Shown piece after piece: positions 61,565 to 64,000 of a stretch of DNA of 64,000 nucleotides (positions are counted from its first letter, which is position 1; every line of letters starts with the position of its first letter). The stretch comes from Octopus sinensis. Lineage: Eukaryota. The notes below the pieces were generated by a model. That model was given only the letters and a program-made list of their open reading frames with translations. It did not search any database and had not been told where the DNA came from. The stretch is taken from positions 118,854,001 to 118,918,000 of the forward strand of contig NC_043002.1 in assembly GCF_006345805.1 (NCBI RefSeq). Direction: 5' to 3'. The translations under genes and the position numbers were made by a program.

Positions 61565-61834
61565 CATGTGTTTGTGTGTCTGTGTTTGTCCCCCCTAGCA
61601 TTGCTTGACAACCGATGCTGATGTGTTTACGTCCCCGTCACTTAGCGGTTCGGCAAAAGAGACCGATAGAATAAGTACTGGGCTTACAAAGAATAAGTCC
61701 CGGGATCGATTTGCTCGACTAAAGGCAGTGCTCCAGCATGGCCGCAGTCAAATGACTGAAACAAGTAAAAGAGTAAAAGAATATGTATCATAAAAATGTG
61801 AAAACAACATTGATAAAGAACTTGGTTAAGTCAC

Positions 61835-61975
61835 CTTTCTGAATTGCTGCTGCCTCATTTAGTTTCCATTGTTCTGCTACATCATTTGCTAAGGGATCAT
61901 CTGGGTTTGGGGCACTGAGTAGTGCTTGAATAGACAGAAGAACAGTACGAATCTGCAATGCTGGACTCCATTTAT
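61835..61975 (-). CDS. UBE2N: Ubiquitin-conjugating enzyme E2 N (Ubc13), penultimate coding exon
   Basis: [47 protein letters not shown]; minus-strand tttcag acceptor and g|gtgact donor; 141 nt. Confidence 0.95.
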
Positions 61976-64000
61976 CTGAAACATTTAAAGTAATCATACA
62001 AAATGAGATGGCTGGTACTACGGTAACAGTCGATTGGTAAACCAACAATAGTCAATAAAAATTAAGAAAATGTTAAAAATGTTAATAATACACGTAAAAA
62101 GCACCATCTGAATCGTGGCCGAAGCCAGTGCCGCCTCGACTGGCTTCCGTGCAGGTGGCACGTAAAATGCACCAATCCGACCGTGGCCGATGCCAGCCTC
62201 GCCTAGCATCAGTGCAGGTGGCACGTAAAAAGCACCCACTATACTCACGGAGTGGTTGGCGTTAGGAAGGGCATCCAGCTGTAGAAACATTGCCAGATAA
62301 GACCGGAGCCTGGTGCAGCCTTCTGGCTTCCCAGATCCCCGGTCGAACCGTCCAACCCATGCTAGCATGGAGAACGGACGTTAAACGATGATGATGATGA
62401 CACTAGGAATTTTTTTTTAATTAAACACCTAATCAATTTTCTCTTAAATTTACTTCAACTATTGTTGTGCTGTACCTACGCATAGTTACAGCTGAGTGAG
62501 TATATCAACCAGAAAGGTATGCAAATGTAACACAGTTCCTCACAAAAAAAAAAAAAAAAAAGAAAAAAGTAACAACCACTTCAAACAAACTAACATGAAG
62601 AAATGAATATAAAATAACCAGAATAAAATTTAAGCAAAAAGCAATGGTTCTTGCTAGAACATCTGCTATAATTACAAATGGTCTGATATACAATATGTTA
62701 TTACATCCATTATACAATCAAGAATGACTTCTCTTGTGTGAATACAATGAATGTTTGAAATATTGCCAGCAACCAAGTTCATACAAACACACATGTGCTA
62801 AAATAGTGATGAACACAAGATAAACTTGACCCCAAAAGCCAACCCTGTTTATTCATTGTGTAAAATTAAATAATAAATATCAAATCTAATGTGCAAGATT
62901 CTGTCTAACTCTACTGAAAAAAAAAGCCAAAAATTCCCTAAAGTACTTGAAATTGTTGAGATGATTATCAATAAAAAGCTTAAAAAAAGGAAATACTTTT
63001 ATGGAGTCTAACAAATTTAGTGGTGTTATAAATTTAGTTTCAAGTGTGCAACAGACTATAGTCATGTATAAATTTGAATTTAAATCATTCAAGTCTTTCA
63101 ACAGCTTCAGTCCAAAACTATATCTGGCATTTTCAAAGTTTTGAATACTATTAACTGTTAGATCTATACAGCCAAAATATTCTACCTGCTTTATATTCAA
63201 ACTGAACAGATATGCCTCCACCAACATACATACACCTACTCTACAAAGTCATTCTAAAAATAAACTACCCCATCATAAAAATCTTGAAGCTGTAGAATAT
63301 GCATGATTAATTCAAAACAATGTGAACAAGCACTGCATTTAACAGAATAATCTGGATGCTAAAGTGTTAATATTTAAAGAAAAATCCATCAGAAATTCTT
63401 CAAAGCTAGTGATAATTTTAGGAGATATGATAATCTTATTTCCTTTGACATAAAAATACTATCACCACAAATATATCAAGGCACAAGCCTTGCACTATAC
63501 CCTCTCTAACTCAATACACATGTTAAACCTCATATGATCTCTCATAGCAACCCAATATACAAAACCAAATTTGCATTTCCAAAAACTAGACGGTTACTGA
63601 CTCTCTATGAGGCACAAGTGGAACATTAGCTATCTAAAACATTGCAGCCGCTATATACATAAAGATACTGGCTCATCATCATTTAACATCTGTTTTTTAT
63701 GCCAGCATAAAAGGTTGGATAGTTCGGCAGGATTGCACTGAACTCTGCTTTGACATGGTTTCTATGGTTGGATGCCCATCATAATGCCAACCACTTCAAC
63801 ATATAAAAGTAAAAGAAATTATTCACCTCACTACAACCAAAAGCCCACAGATGTACTTTCATTTTGTGAACACTTTTACTTTCACTAAAATGGTGTTCTG
63901 CTCCTCTGAACCAGCAAGCTGCTCTCTATTGTTGTCCAAACCTACAACATGCTCTCATCTGTATTTCTCTCCCAGAACTCTGCATTAACCCTTTCGTTAC

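Overview
AT-rich, intron- and repeat-dense animal DNA, most probably an octopus or other coleoid cephalopod (inferred from recalled SINE families, not from a search). Two convergent genes are present. (1) A complete 5-aminolevulinate synthase (ALAS) CDS on +, with 9 coding exons from 20091 to 55675. I checked every GT/AG and phase (1,1,1,2,1,1,1,0); they give 562 aa, three N-terminal CP heme-regulatory motifs and the PLP lysine in GTLGKAFG. An acceptor at 20077 implies an unlocated 5' non-coding exon. (2) The last two coding exons of UBE2N/Ubc13 on - (61835-61975, 58298-58338). The rest is transposon-derived: four or more SINE families, RTE, CR1 and HERO-type LINE 3' ends, non-autonomous Helitrons (one head-to-tail dimer), piggyBac-like TTAA MITEs, a solo LTR, Penelope-like remnants and large (TA)n arrays. 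Main observations: (a) three fold-back palindromes embedded in (TA)n, each centred on or beside a minimal hammerhead-ribozyme core, plus two unpaired hammerheads; (b) the ALAS frame stops 3 codons after the position equivalent to the human ALAS2 gain-of-function truncation Q548X; (c) overlapping 5' splice sites after ALAS exon 3, one predicting NMD; (d) inverted SINE pairs bracketing in-frame ALAS exons. Repeat boundaries are approximate and family names are from recall. Most ORFs in the supplied track are artefacts of SINEs and microsatellites.
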